From: Cenococcum geophilum
Taxonomy: Eukaryota
Direction of reading: 5' to 3'
Length of the DNA: 64,000 nt
Assembly: GCA_050273025.1 (NCBI GenBank)
Contig: CP158635.1
Location: 7,936,001-8,000,000, forward strand
Part shown: piece by piece, positions 37,790-50,545 of the stretch
Numbering within the stretch: the stretch's first letter is position 1
Layout of the letters: the number at the start of each line of letters is the position of its first letter
Notes under the pieces: generated by a model
Database searches by the model: none
What the model was told of the DNA's origin: nothing
Seen by the model: the letters and a program-made list of their open reading frames with translations, nothing else
Program-made: the position numbers and the translations under genes

Positions 37790-40700
37790 TACTCCTCTAA
37801 ACCTATTACAGACTATAAAGCATTTGCCTTATCTAGCCCCTCCTCTACCCTCGTTCTAAAGATATCTAGATCCTTATTATTAAATAGTATAAACTTAACC
37901 CCTTTTCCAATAGTATACTAAAGACTTATATTGGGTTTAGCCCTAAGCGTCTTTCTAAATAGCTTAACTACAGCTATTAACTATTCGTAATTCTAGCAAT
38001 ATAGTATATTAATGGTACGTTTCTAATTCCGCGATTTTATACCTTTAAAGATAAACTTATAGGTATTATTTCCAAAATTATTACTAGCGCCACCATCCTT
38101 ATCTATATCTTCTCCACTATTCACGCCAGTATTATTGCCTATGTCCACTCCATTATATTCGTTGCCCCCCTTTCTTGTACTATTCTAATTATCTATATTT
38201 CTACCTAGAGCTATATCCGTTCTATTATCCGCATCGCTATCTTTATCTATATTAACTCCACTATATCCGTCACAACGCTTATTTATATTAGTCCCGCTAT
38301 CTATACTGCTATTAGGGTCGCTAACATTATTAGGCCTACCACCTTAGTAATTAGTACTGTGGTCGGTCTAATTAGGCGACATATTATGGGGTATATTAGG
38401 CTAAATAACAGTACTAAAAGGGCGGGAGGTGTCTAGGTTTAAGGAAAGGGACGCGTTAAGTACCTAAATATAAGTATTAGTCCAGAACTGTTATTATAAG
38501 TAGTTGTATACTGGTAAAAGTATATTAAAGCGCTACTTATTAAATCCTATGTTATAGTCGGAGTCTAGGTCAGAAAGATTATTAAGACTATATTTAAATA
38601 GATTTGGAATTACTCATATAGCAGGGTCGTTACTATGTATAGTTACTTAATATCTTTTTAAGACGCCCTATCGCAAAAGCCCTAAAATCCAGTTCTAGCG
38701 CTCTATGTCACGGAACCCGACCGCAGGGGCCTCCATAGGAGAACCCCGTGCTCTCGCGTACACCTCGCGTACAGCTTATGTCAGCTACGCGAGGGTATAT
38801 TACCTCCTTACGCCCTCGACCCTTACGATTGATTGCGCAACGTCTTGTAGACTCCCCGAATACATACGCTTTGTAGCCATTGTCCGCGTTCTATGACATT
38901 ACGTTGCGCCTTTTTCTTTACTAACGCTTAGCCTACGACTAATTCTACGTCTCTATAATACTGCAGACGCTGCTAGAAGCAGCGTGTCCATAAGTTACCT
39001 TACTTTATACTCCTAAAGAATTAATAATAGTAAGACGAAATTCCTTACTAGCTACTATATTAAACTTAAAGAATAACCTAATACCTATATCGAAACCACA
39101 ACACTAATTAGTCCCAGGAGGATTTAATTTGTTAGCCCTAGCCTTAACCCCTAAAGGGAAGCCTAGTAGCTTAAAAGACTATAATGACTATAAGGGGGAT
39201 ATTAATAATGTCTTATTCTTTATTAACTATATAACTACGGATAAATAAGCCGAAGGGCTACTACCCATTGAGATCAAGATATGAGACGCCGAGATGTTTG
39301 CTAAAATGGTAGCATGAGAACCCGATAAATACTACCGCCTTCTATAGAACTACTATCTAAAGCTTACACGAGCTAAGATGCGTACTGCCTAAGATTATAA
39401 TATTATCTAAGACCTATAAGCTTATAAGGCACTCGCTAATAATACACGCCAAGAGATTAAAGATAACCTCCGCGTGTCTAAACGCAACGTCTAACAATTA
39501 AAGAAGGCCAAGATTATACTTATTGCTACAGTTACCGAAAGAGAGGGTATAATTAAATACCTATAATCCCAGCTTAATAAGCACACTCGTAATAATACTA
39601 GATACCTCTTTACTATATATAACGCCACCTAAGTTTCTACGCCCCCAGCAACTTTACCTACTTAACGCTTAACGGAAGGTTAGCGCCGAGCAGCTTCACC
39701 TAACGGGAACCCCTACTATAGCAGCGGCGATAACGAAAGCTATAATAATTAAACCTAAACTACTACTATAGGGTCTAATACACGCTACCCTAATCCCCTA
39801 ATCTTTAAGGGTAACCGCAAGAAATACAGCTACTAGAAGATGTAAACCCGCGAAAAACTAACCTAGAGCGCCTGCCTTTTCCCCATAAAAGATACTAAGA
39901 TTGGCTACATTATTAGACGAACAAAGGGCATCCCGTTTAATAGGCTTTTCGCTTAATAGGAGATTAGCAGTCCCTAGAAGTAGTAGTCCCACTAGGAAGT
40001 CCTTAACGACCTTAACTAAATATACCGCAACTATAACCTAGTAGCTACTAGTCGAGCTAAACTACGCTCCCTAAAGATAAGTTTTACTAAATTATTCGAC
40101 GAGTTCTATGTTAAATTCCAGGAATATACTAAAGTCCTCGCCTAAGACGACGCTAAAGACTAGAAAGATCTCCTTAAAAAAATCACTTATCGCCTTAGTC
40201 ACGCAGCCGCCAGCCATAACTATAACAACGTTTATAATATGGTAGCAGCCCTACGGAAGATTAAACGACGGCTGAACCAGATTACTACTGCAAACCTTTA
40301 CCCAAAGATCTCCCTATAGAAGCCCTCCGGACCTACTAAACCACTAACGCCTACTACCCTAAGTAATACCACTGGTCCTAATATCGACCTCTCTATACTA
40401 GCCTTCCTAAAGAAGCTACTAGATAGAGAGCGCGAGCTACTCCGGAAGCTAAGGCGTTACTATAAATACCATTAAAAAGGCTATTATAGCTATAGCCCAA
40501 ACTGCCTAATAGCTAGGTTTAGCAGCTACTATTAAATACCTAACCTTATACCCGGGACACTAAATACGTTGCTACGTACCGCTACCGCATAAGACGAAAA
40601 TGTAATAATGGTAGTAGAATTAGACGCGGAAGCGGAAAACGCAAAGTCCTAGCCCTAAGTCGTAGGTTATGACACTCCGACAATAGAGGGATCTATATAT

Positions 40701-43700
40701 TAGCTTACTTAATAGATAGCTTAGTAAGAATAAAAGGACGGAAGCAAATAGTCTTACCTATAAAGGGAACTACCGCTAAGAAACAATATAAAACCCGTTT
40801 TATAATTAACTATAGAGCTATTAATAAATTTGTAGATACCTAATTTATGCGTATTTATAACCTACCTACCTTACCCCTCGCTAAAGCCCGCGCCCTATAA
40901 CTCGCTAACGGTAGTTATACCGCATAAAAGATTACCTATATAGTATAACTCTACCTAAACATAAACGGACACCAGAAGGAGCTCTGGGCCTATATTATAC
41001 TACTTATAAACTACCCTATTATCCTTAGAATGAACTAGCTTAAATAACATAACCCCGCCATTAACTAGCAAAAGAAAGAAGTAACCTTTAACTCTAAATA
41101 CTGTAGAGAGACTTGCCTAGGGCACGGCCTAGCCACCTCTATCTACTCTCTAGGATATCAACCTAAGGAAACCCTTATTACCCCACCTATAACTAACTAC
41201 CACTATATAAGCGCTGCGGCCTTCTACCGTATAGCACATAGGAAAGGCTGGACCGTTGCTCTAGCCTTCTAATTATAACTATACAAGCTTAATAAAGATT
41301 AGGACCACGTCCTCTACAGTAATAAAATAGATATAGTTAACCTCCTAGAAAATAATACCCCTATAGAACTCTACGGACTTTTACCTTTAGACTTTAAGAA
41401 GTTTATAAAGCTTAAAAAAGGATTTACCAACAAGGAACTCCGTAAGCTCCTCCCTAAGAGATACTATGACTTTATTAACGTATGCTTATAAAAGAGCGTA
41501 GATATACTCCCCCCACATTAACCTAACAATTATACTATTAATATTAAATAAGGAAAAACACCGCCCTATAAGAGACCCTACCTAATATTAAAAGATAAAC
41601 TCCTAGTTATTAAAAAGTATATTAACGAACACCTTAACAAAGGGTTTATTCGTCCCAGTATATCCCCAGCAGCCGCCCCTATCCTCCTTACTAAAAAGCT
41701 AGGAGAAGGTATTTAATTCTACGTTAACTATAGAGGACTTAATACTATTACAATTAAGAACTAATACCCTATACCGCTTATACGCGAAACCCTTAAACAG
41801 CTTAGCCAAGCTAAAATCTATACTAAACTTAATATTATCGCCGCCTTTAACCGCCTCTAAATACAGGAAGGTGACGAATAGAAAACCGCATTTATATTGC
41901 GCTTCGGCCAATTTAAATACACTGTTATACCTTTTAGCGTATATAACGGCCCAGGCAGCTTCTAAAGCTATATCAATAATGCCTTATAGGACTACCTTAA
42001 CAACTTCTGCTCCGCATACCTAGATAATATACTTATTTATAGCAATAACCCTTTTAAGTATACTAAGCACGTTTAAAAGGTCCTATAGCGCCTTAGAGAC
42101 GTAGGACTTTATATTAATTTAAAGAAGTGCGAATTCTTAGTTATAGAAGTAAAATACCTTAGACTAATTGTTACTACTAAGGGTGTCTATATGGACCCTA
42201 AAAAAGTATACATAATTACTAGATGGCAAACCCCTACCTGCATTAAGGACGTATAAGCCTTCCTTAGTTTTACTAACTTTTATTAAAAATTTATATACAA
42301 CTTCTTAGGTATTATAGCACTACTTACAGCAATAATATAAACAAAGGGCCTTTCCGCAAAAGGAAGAAAAACATATTTACATTTTATTTGGACGCCTAAA
42401 TACAAAAAAGCGTTCTAAGACTTAAAAGATGCGTTTACTAAAGCACCTATCCTAGCTTACTTTATACTAGGACGACAACTCTATCTTAAAACTAACTCCT
42501 TAGACCACGTTAACGCGGGCGTCCTCTCCTAGATAGGCAATAATAGTCTCCTCTACTTAGTTATATTCTACTCGTCTAAGCTTATACTATAAGAATATAA
42601 CTATAAAATCTATAATAAGGAACTCCTTATAATTATATAAGCATTTAAGAAATTCTAACCAGAACTCTTCTTAGCAGAACCTAACTAGCTAACTAAGGTC
42701 CTTACGGATTATTGCAACCTTAAGTACTTTATAACTATAAAATAACTAAACTAACGCCAAGTACGTTAGAACGAGTTCCTCTCCGGTTTTAACTTTAAAA
42801 TTATATATAGGCTAGGAGTATAAGGTACTAAGCCTAATAGCCTAATACGCTATTTGTAAGACCTTCCTTAGTTAGAAGATAACCCTTATAATTAATTCCA
42901 ACGATAAATAATCCTAAAAGCACGAAACTTAGCCCTAGGTATACTACCCAAGATAAAACTAACTGCCCCTTAGCTTCATACCATAGAACTAGAGTTACCC
43001 CCTAAAATTAACAAACTTATTACCGTAGTATATAACACCCCTATTAACCCATTACTATATTAACTAATTACCGTAAAGATCGCCGGCACCTATATACTAC
43101 CTACTAACCTCTAAAGCTTAGGCCAGATTAATATAGCAGCCTTAAAAGTAAAAAAGAACAGGCTCTATTATAAAGGCTGTCTATTTATCCCCAACTTAGA
43201 AGACCTATAACGGCAACTAATCTAAATGGCCTACAACCTCCGATTAAGCGGCCACCCAGGCAAAGGAGGAACCTATAAGCTTCTCAGCCGATACTACTTC
43301 TGGCCTAAAATAATAGACTTAGTTAAACGCTTTATAAGCGCCTACTACAGCTATAAATATACTAAAGCATTTTATATAAAGTACTAAGGACTGCTATACC
43401 CTCTACTAGTACCTATACAACAATGGGCAGATATTGCTATAGATTTCGTTGTTAACCTACCGCCTTATAAACGATATGGCCGAACCTATAAGAATATCCT
43501 TATAATAATATGCCGACTTATAAAAGAACGCCACTATATCCTAACTAAAGGCGTAGCCGTAAGCGACGTTGCCGACGCCTTCCTCTATAAAGTTTACCGA
43601 CTATATAGGTTACCTGACTCTATTACGTCTAACTAAGGTATATAATTTAACTCTAATATATAGAGGCAGATCTGCTAACGCCTTAGTATCTCCATTAAAA

Positions 43701-46700
43701 TGTCTACATCCTTTTACTATAAAACTGCGGGATAACTAGAAAACGCTAACGCTAGTATAAAGGCGTACTTACAATAGGTAGTTGCCTATAGTTAGGACAA
43801 CTGGGTAGACTATCTTTTACTAGGTAAATTTGCAGCAAATAACTACGTCTTAGCCACTATAGGACTTACCCCGTTCTTCGCGAATAAAGGATATTACCTA
43901 TAATCCGGTATAGAGCCACTAGAGCCTATTAATAAGAAACTGCTATATAGAAAACGCCTTAAGATACTACTTGCCGATTAATATATAAACCGTATAAAAG
44001 ACCTACTTAACTACTATAAAGGAGAGATAGCCTAGGCCCAAGTAAAATAAGCTTACTTCGCTAACCGCTATAGAATACCACCACCTAAGATGCGTGTTAG
44101 CGACTGGGTATAGTTAAATATATATAATATCTCCACACAGAAACCTATAAAGTCACTCGATTATAAGAACCTTAGCCCCTACTAGATTAAACAAGTTATT
44201 AATAAAAAAGCTATATACAAACTAGAGCTCCCACCTACCTTAGCTACCCGCGGGATATAGCCCGTGTTTTACCTATAGCTACTATACCTTTACTAGCCTA
44301 ACCCTCTACTAGGACAAATATAGCCTAAACCCCTACTAGTACTAATCTAAGATAAGAACGAAGACGAGAACCATAAGGAGTGGACTGTTAAACAAATCAT
44401 TAACTCTAAATACTTTAGTAAAGGCAGAGGACGGCGGCTCTACTATAAAGCTACCTATATAGGATTTAATATAGATTAGCCGGAATGGCAACAATAGGAA
44501 GATTTTAAAAATATAAAAAATCTAATTAGCGATTTCTACTACGCAAACCCATAGAAACTAGGCCTAAGCAGAGATTTCGTACCTAATCCCCTATAGGAGC
44601 CGTCATAGCTAAATCGTTGTATATTACCGTTACATAACTACTCTAATAAGATATTAAGGAACTTTAACCGCCAGTTAAAGTTATCTAATTAGTCAGATTC
44701 TAGACGCTAAGGAGAAGCTAACTAATTAGGATTTTCCATCCCCGGGATAGAAAATCGCTATTAGCTTGCTTGCTACTAGCGCCTCAGCGACACCCTCGCA
44801 CCTTACTAAGTCCCTAATAGCCTCCTTCCCCTCTATAACCCAGTACCTTCGCATAGTAGCAACCCATAAGCTTTAAGTCAGAAGCACCTATACGAGCCCG
44901 TTACACCTATAATGATATTCCTTCTTCTAGATACCCTAAGCATTTCCCCCTATATATACATAGCAACCACAGCGTCGCCGGAGCTCCGCCTTAATAGGAG
45001 GGGGGGTAGTGTTATGGAACCCGACCGCAGGGGCCTCCATAGGAGAACCCCGTGCTCTTGCATACACCTCACATACAGCTTATGTCAGCTACGCGAGGGT
45101 ATATCACCTCCTTACGCCCTCGACCCTTACGATCGATTGCGCAACGTCTTGTAGACTCCCCGAATACATACGCTTTGTAGCCATTGTCCGCGTTCCGTGA
45201 CACTCTATTAACTAATCCGCCTATATAGCCTTTATCCGTTCCTATATAGCTAATATTAGAGTTAGTTATAGCGTAGCCTAGGTAGTTAGAACGAGGGTAG
45301 AGAAAGAATAAATTACTATTAAGATTGGCACCTACTTTAAACTTTTATTAGGTAAAACTACTACTTTTCTATTTATTAATAACGTGGCGGATTATTATAT
45401 AAATTAGTATAATAGCCCTAGGGCTAATTGGGCGCAAAAAGTGCTACGTATCTATACCGAACCCAAATTGCTACCTTCCTTTAAAGAATGACTTAGAGAG
45501 ACTAACTATAATAACCGGTACTATAAAGCGGGATTACTCGCCCTATAAATAGTTAGGAGAGTACTAAGGTAGTATAGCTATGCGTACTATCTTAGAGTAT
45601 TAAAAGTCATCTATATAGAGTAGCTCTTCTACTTTAGCAATTATTTCCTACTTAGAGAGCTTTCTAAATAAGTACTTAGCCTTTACGCAATCTTGTATAC
45701 GTCTTAATAGGTAAGACTAGAACTAGCTAATACTATTATATATCTATTTTATATTAGTATATATAAAAGTAATAAAAGGTAGCTTACCATACAATATATT
45801 AATGGCGATAGTTTTTATATTGCCTCGCTAGAACTATCGCCTTTAGAAACCCTATTATACTCTACTACTTTATCCTATACTAAGTCCATTGTCTTTTCTA
45901 GAGTCTTTACGTTCCCTTCCGGCTATAGCGTAAAAGAAAGACCTTTAGGAGCCTTACCCGACATTATAAACATTAAAAAGAAGCGCATAGCAGCTTTTAA
46001 TATTAGTTTATCCGTAAGTTTTAATTTAGGTTTACTACTACGTTTTATTCCTTACTATCTTCTAACTATATATATACCGTATTAAGACTTCTACGGTTTA
46101 TTACTGCGTATAGGCGCTATATAAAACGACTTAGCTATAAAGTTATCTTCGGCACTAGAGATAAACTCTTTAGTAAAAGAACAGTAGCATTAAAGCCGCT
46201 TATTAGGGCGATTTAGGACTTATAACCGCTATTAAAGCGTAAGCGGGTGTAAAGGAATAGAGTCTATATAATAGATACTATGGTTAAATTCTGTATATAT
46301 AGATTTAGAGATTATTCGTCTAAACTCTACTAAAGTTATCGACAATGCGCTCTTCCCTAGGGCATTAAGCCTCTATCTTCTTTAGAATCGCTATTTATAT
46401 CTAACTAACGTTTTAGGATGCTATCCCTAGATACTCTATTGCTATATATAGCCGTCTGCTAAAGTTAGCTGCATACTACCATATATATACTATTTATAGT
46501 ATTTTAGCCTAACTGCCGTTCGCGTATACGTTTCTAGATTCTTCTTATACTAGCAATATTATTTCTTTTACCTTTACCTTAGTGGCAGGTATATATTAAT
46601 ATTTTAAGTAGTTATATAGAGGGTAGTCTATACCTTATTCTTTTTAGAAGCTATAGTTATATTTTTTTAGAATAGTAGAGGTTAATAAACCTTCGGCATA
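37790..46700 (-). pseudogene. Multi-exon gene of unknown function, RIP-inactivated and split by Gypsy B (38706-45202)
   Basis: Protein-like de-RIP frames lie on both sides of the insertion. There is a minus-strand GTAAGC intron donor at about 45787 and an acidic low-complexity tract at about 38100-38330. Boundaries are approximate. Confidence 0.45.
38706..45202 (+). mobile_element. Complete Gypsy family B chromovirus
   Basis: 193-bp TG..CA LTRs at 38706-38898 and 45010-45202, TSD CTCTA, PPT GGAGGGGGGGTAG. RT AYLDD at about 42014, then RNase H, integrase and a chromodomain at about 44380-44550. Confidence 0.95.
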
Positions 46701-46949
46701 ATAAATATAGAAGAAGTTAAAGAAGTTAATAAAGATATAAAGATAAAGTATAATACTTTTAAATTATATATTTACTAGTATGGATGCAGTTAATGAAATA
46801 GAGGAGTAAAGGGGGAGATTTTAATGTTTTACTAGGGAGCTTAGACCTATCACTAGCCCACTTAGGGCAAATTATGGCAGATTGCCGTATATCTTGCCGT
46901 TAGCTATGCAATATTAAGAATTCCTACTAATAAGCAAGCACTAGAGCTA

Positions 46950-47720
46950 ATCTTTATAGGTAAAAACGTTATAACCGCCTATAAAAATGTAAGAATTTAA
47001 CTAATTTATATAGATATAGCTAACCTTTTCTGGCGGTTTAGTAGGTTAACACCACCTAAGCAGTAAGTGCTTAACAGTTATTCTTATTCTCCTCCCTTAT
47101 TAAGACGTACTTTAGAGCTCCCCTTTATACCTAGTTAGCCTATAGATACACCCAAGACGTAGAGTTAGTTTAATCGTGCTATTTCCGCCTTTTTCTACCT
47201 AAAATCTCCCTTAAAGCGTATTAGCTTAGGCGATAAGCTAATAAAGTCGTTTTATATTTAAAACTTAAGGAGAGCCTTTATAGAGGAGCAATATAAGGCT
47301 ATTCTATATATTAAGAAGTGGCGGTTATAAAGATTAGCTATTAATTTAGCCCTAAGTGTTAATAAAGTTAATATACTCAATTACGAACAGTTATAAGAAG
47401 GTTAGACTATAAAGGTAGAGATTATTATAAAAATAAAGCCTATTAAAGAAAAACGTGCGGTAAATTAGAAGAGAAAGGCAGAAGAGGGGGGATTATTATA
47501 CTACTCTGCCAATATAAAATCCGCAAAAATACGTATAGCTAGCTAGCCTCTTACTCTAATAAGCCCCTCTACTACTTAATTCACCTATATATTGGACACG
47601 CCGCCTCTACCTTTAAGCCAACTAATAGCTTTCTTAACTTCTTTCTATCTTACTTTATTTTATAGCCAATTTACCTAGATTCCTAGGGATTAAATATACC
47701 GGATTCCCTATTATGTTAGC
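46950..47720 (+). pseudogene. Decayed ORF of unknown function
   Basis: De-RIP frame TPKTWSQFDRAISAFFHPESPSKR... with a basic C-terminal tract. Boundaries are approximate. Confidence 0.3.
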
Positions 47721-49646
47721 CGTTTTCGTTTTTATTCTAAGGCCTCTTATAATTTAATTAGAAGCTTAGTTTTAAATTTTTATTTCTTTATAAACTTATT
47801 TACGCATATACTATTAATCTAAAGAAAATTGTTATTGTAGAATTGATTATATATGTCCCAATCTATATACGAGTTTATCTAGAACGTTCTTCTTTTATTT
47901 AGTAAAGTTGGTATTAGTTATATGGGTCTCTTAATATAGGAAATGTCGTATATTTAGTGGCCGTTTAGGTTTCGTCTATTTTACGCTATATTTATAGGAA
48001 ATTATTCTACTTTAATTATCCCATTAAAAGGATCTACCTTACCTCCATTACATAGACGGAATAGCTTAAAAAGTGCTCTATAGTATACTCAGTATCTACT
48101 ATTCTTACCTATATAATTTAAGTCCTATACTAATACCAGCAATTCTAGACGGGCAGCCCGCGTTCCCTTTATTCCATCTATTACGTTCTTATATTCTTGT
48201 ATAAAAACTTAGTCCCTTTATAAGGCAGTAATCCGCATTTAGACTGGATTATAGCGTGCGCGTGCTTTATATAGTCGATTAAAATTATAAAAGTCTTTAC
48301 TATATTAAATATAATATATTATAGAGTAATAAATACTAATAGGTAAATCTTATACCCAGGCTGCATCCCTTTTAAGGTGCTTAATGTCTAAATCCGTTGC
48401 TTATATACTATTAACTCACTTATAACATTCCCGCACAAATAAAGCTAGTTTTATAATAAATTTATTAATACCTAGCCTAGTCTAAATTTCGTAAGCTCTG
48501 CGCTATAAATTTAGGTTTATTCCGCACATTAAAAACATTTAGTTAGTTAACTAGCAGTAATCCCATCTATACGGCTTATCTATTAGGTTAACTATACCTA
48601 ATAATAATACAATATATAAATCTTCTATAGTATTAGCTGCTAGTATTAGCCTTATGTTTTCCCATAGCTCTATCTCTTATATTACTATAGTATTTATTAA
48701 TTCCGTATTAAGATAAATTATTTACTCTTTATACCCTTTACGCTTATTTAATCTTTAATAGAAATTCTTCTAAGGAATATATACCCTTTCGCCATGCTCT
48801 ATTATAGTTCCCATTAGGGCACTAAATATATAAATTATCTCCGGATAGTAGGAAATTGCATAAAGTTTAAGTATATTAAAATTAGGTAGGTTTTTGTTGT
48901 TAGGTCGGTACGGTAAGAACGCCTCTTTAGTCTTATCTATTTAATATAATACAGCTTTAAGATATTTAATCGTATCTTTATTATATAATTCGTATTTAGC
49001 TAATAATATAAAGTTAACTATAGCATAAATAAACAGCATTACCCCCTTGTGCCTATATAGCAATGGTGCCATAACTAGTATAATCTAACAAAGAAGGGAC
49101 TTGTATATCTTTCCAGTCCATTAACTTAACTCTGCAAAGTTATCCCATCTAATTATATCCTAAAAGGGTTTAACCTTAGCAAATTATGCGTCAGGAAAAC
49201 GGGGGGTGGCGCACGAAATTTAGTTTCGCTAAAAGTGTTTTTGGGGCCCGGGGCTAGCTCTCCGCCATATTAGCTGACCCCCTAGAGCTCTACGCCAGCT
49301 TTCTACCATATTAGCTAGGCCCTAGAGCTGTACGCTAGCATTATGCTAGCTTATGGCTATAAAATAAACATTATTACTATTATTGCGTTTATTGCTATTA
49401 GGGTATTAAAATCCTAAAGGCCTCCTAGCAGGCTCCTAGCAGGCTTCCTAGTAGGCTCCTAGTAGGACTTTAATTTTCCTAGTTATCTCAATCGCCCTGA
49501 CAGCGGCCCACAGTGCTATCGGGTCCCCACTATATTCCCGGCAGCCTCTACGTGTCTTTACATACCCCTTATATACCTAAATACCACTTATTTTTTACCC
49601 TTCCTTCCATCCTCTCTACCTAGGGAGGCACTACAACGGCAGCTAG

Positions 49647-50245
49647 TAGATGACTGTGGCCAGAACCAGACGACCGTCGCCAGAACTAGATGACTGTCAT
49701 CAGGACGACCGTCATCAGGACCAGACGACCGTCGTCAGGACTAAACAACCGTCGTCAGGACCAGATAACCGTCGCCAGAACTAGACAACCGTCGCCAGAA
49801 TTAGACGACCGTCGCCAGAACTAGACGACCGTCGCCAGAACTAGACGGCCGTCATCAGGACGACCGTCATCAGGACCAGACGACCGTTGCCAGAACTAGA
49901 CGACCGTCATCAGGACGACCGTCATCAGGACCAGACAATCGTCGCCAGAACTAGACGACCGTCATCAAGACCAGACGACCGTCGCCAAAACTAGACGACC
50001 GTCGTCAGAACCAGACGACTGTCATCAGGACGACCGTCATCAGGACCAGACGACCGTCGCCAGAACTAGACGACCGTCGTCAGAACCAGACGACTGTCAT
50101 TAGGACGACCGTCATCAGGACCAGACGACCGTCGCCAGAACTAGACGACCGTCGCTAGAACCAGACGACCGTCATCAGAACCAGACGACCGTCATCAGGA
50201 CGACCGTCATCAGGACCAGACGACCGTCGCCAGAACTAGACGACG
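49647..50245. repeat. GC-rich minisatellite of 20- and 15-bp units with core GACGACCGTCRYC
   Basis: About 30 directly visible units. Confidence 0.95.
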
Positions 50246-50354
50246 ATCGTTCGAACAACCAGTCAGCAACACCACGAACGACTTAATCGATCGATCGAAT
50301 CGAACCAGAGCCTCGATATCAGCCCGCTACCGAATCAAATCGAATTAGATACCA

Positions 50355-50545
50355 TAGACAGATATAGACGGTAGGCACAGACAGGTAGGCATATACAGGT
50401 AGGCACAGATAGGTATAGGTAGGCAGGCAGGTAGGCAGGCAGGTAGGCAGGTAGGTAGGCAGGCAGGCAGGCAGGTAGGCAGGCAGGTAGGCAGGCAGGC
50501 AGGCAGGTAGGCAAGCAGGTAGGTAGGCAGGCAGACAGGTAGGCG
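50355..50545. repeat. (AGGC/AGGT)n microsatellite
   Basis: Directly visible in the sequence. Confidence 0.95.

Noticed and set aside
38705..38896. 63-aa ORF spanning the Gypsy B LTR (also 44912-45154 and 45009-45200)
   Set aside because: The start codon is formed by a flanking base plus the LTR's TG. It is a short chance frame in un-RIPped LTR sequence.
39098..39112. GalEa LTR-end plus hairpin-site look-alike inside Gypsy B
   Set aside because: It lies in the gag frame and is not conserved in the other B copy. CTAATTAG is a common RIP product.
49647..50245. CRISPR-like appearance of the palindromic repeat array
   Set aside because: There are no unique spacers and no cas genes, and the context is eukaryotic.
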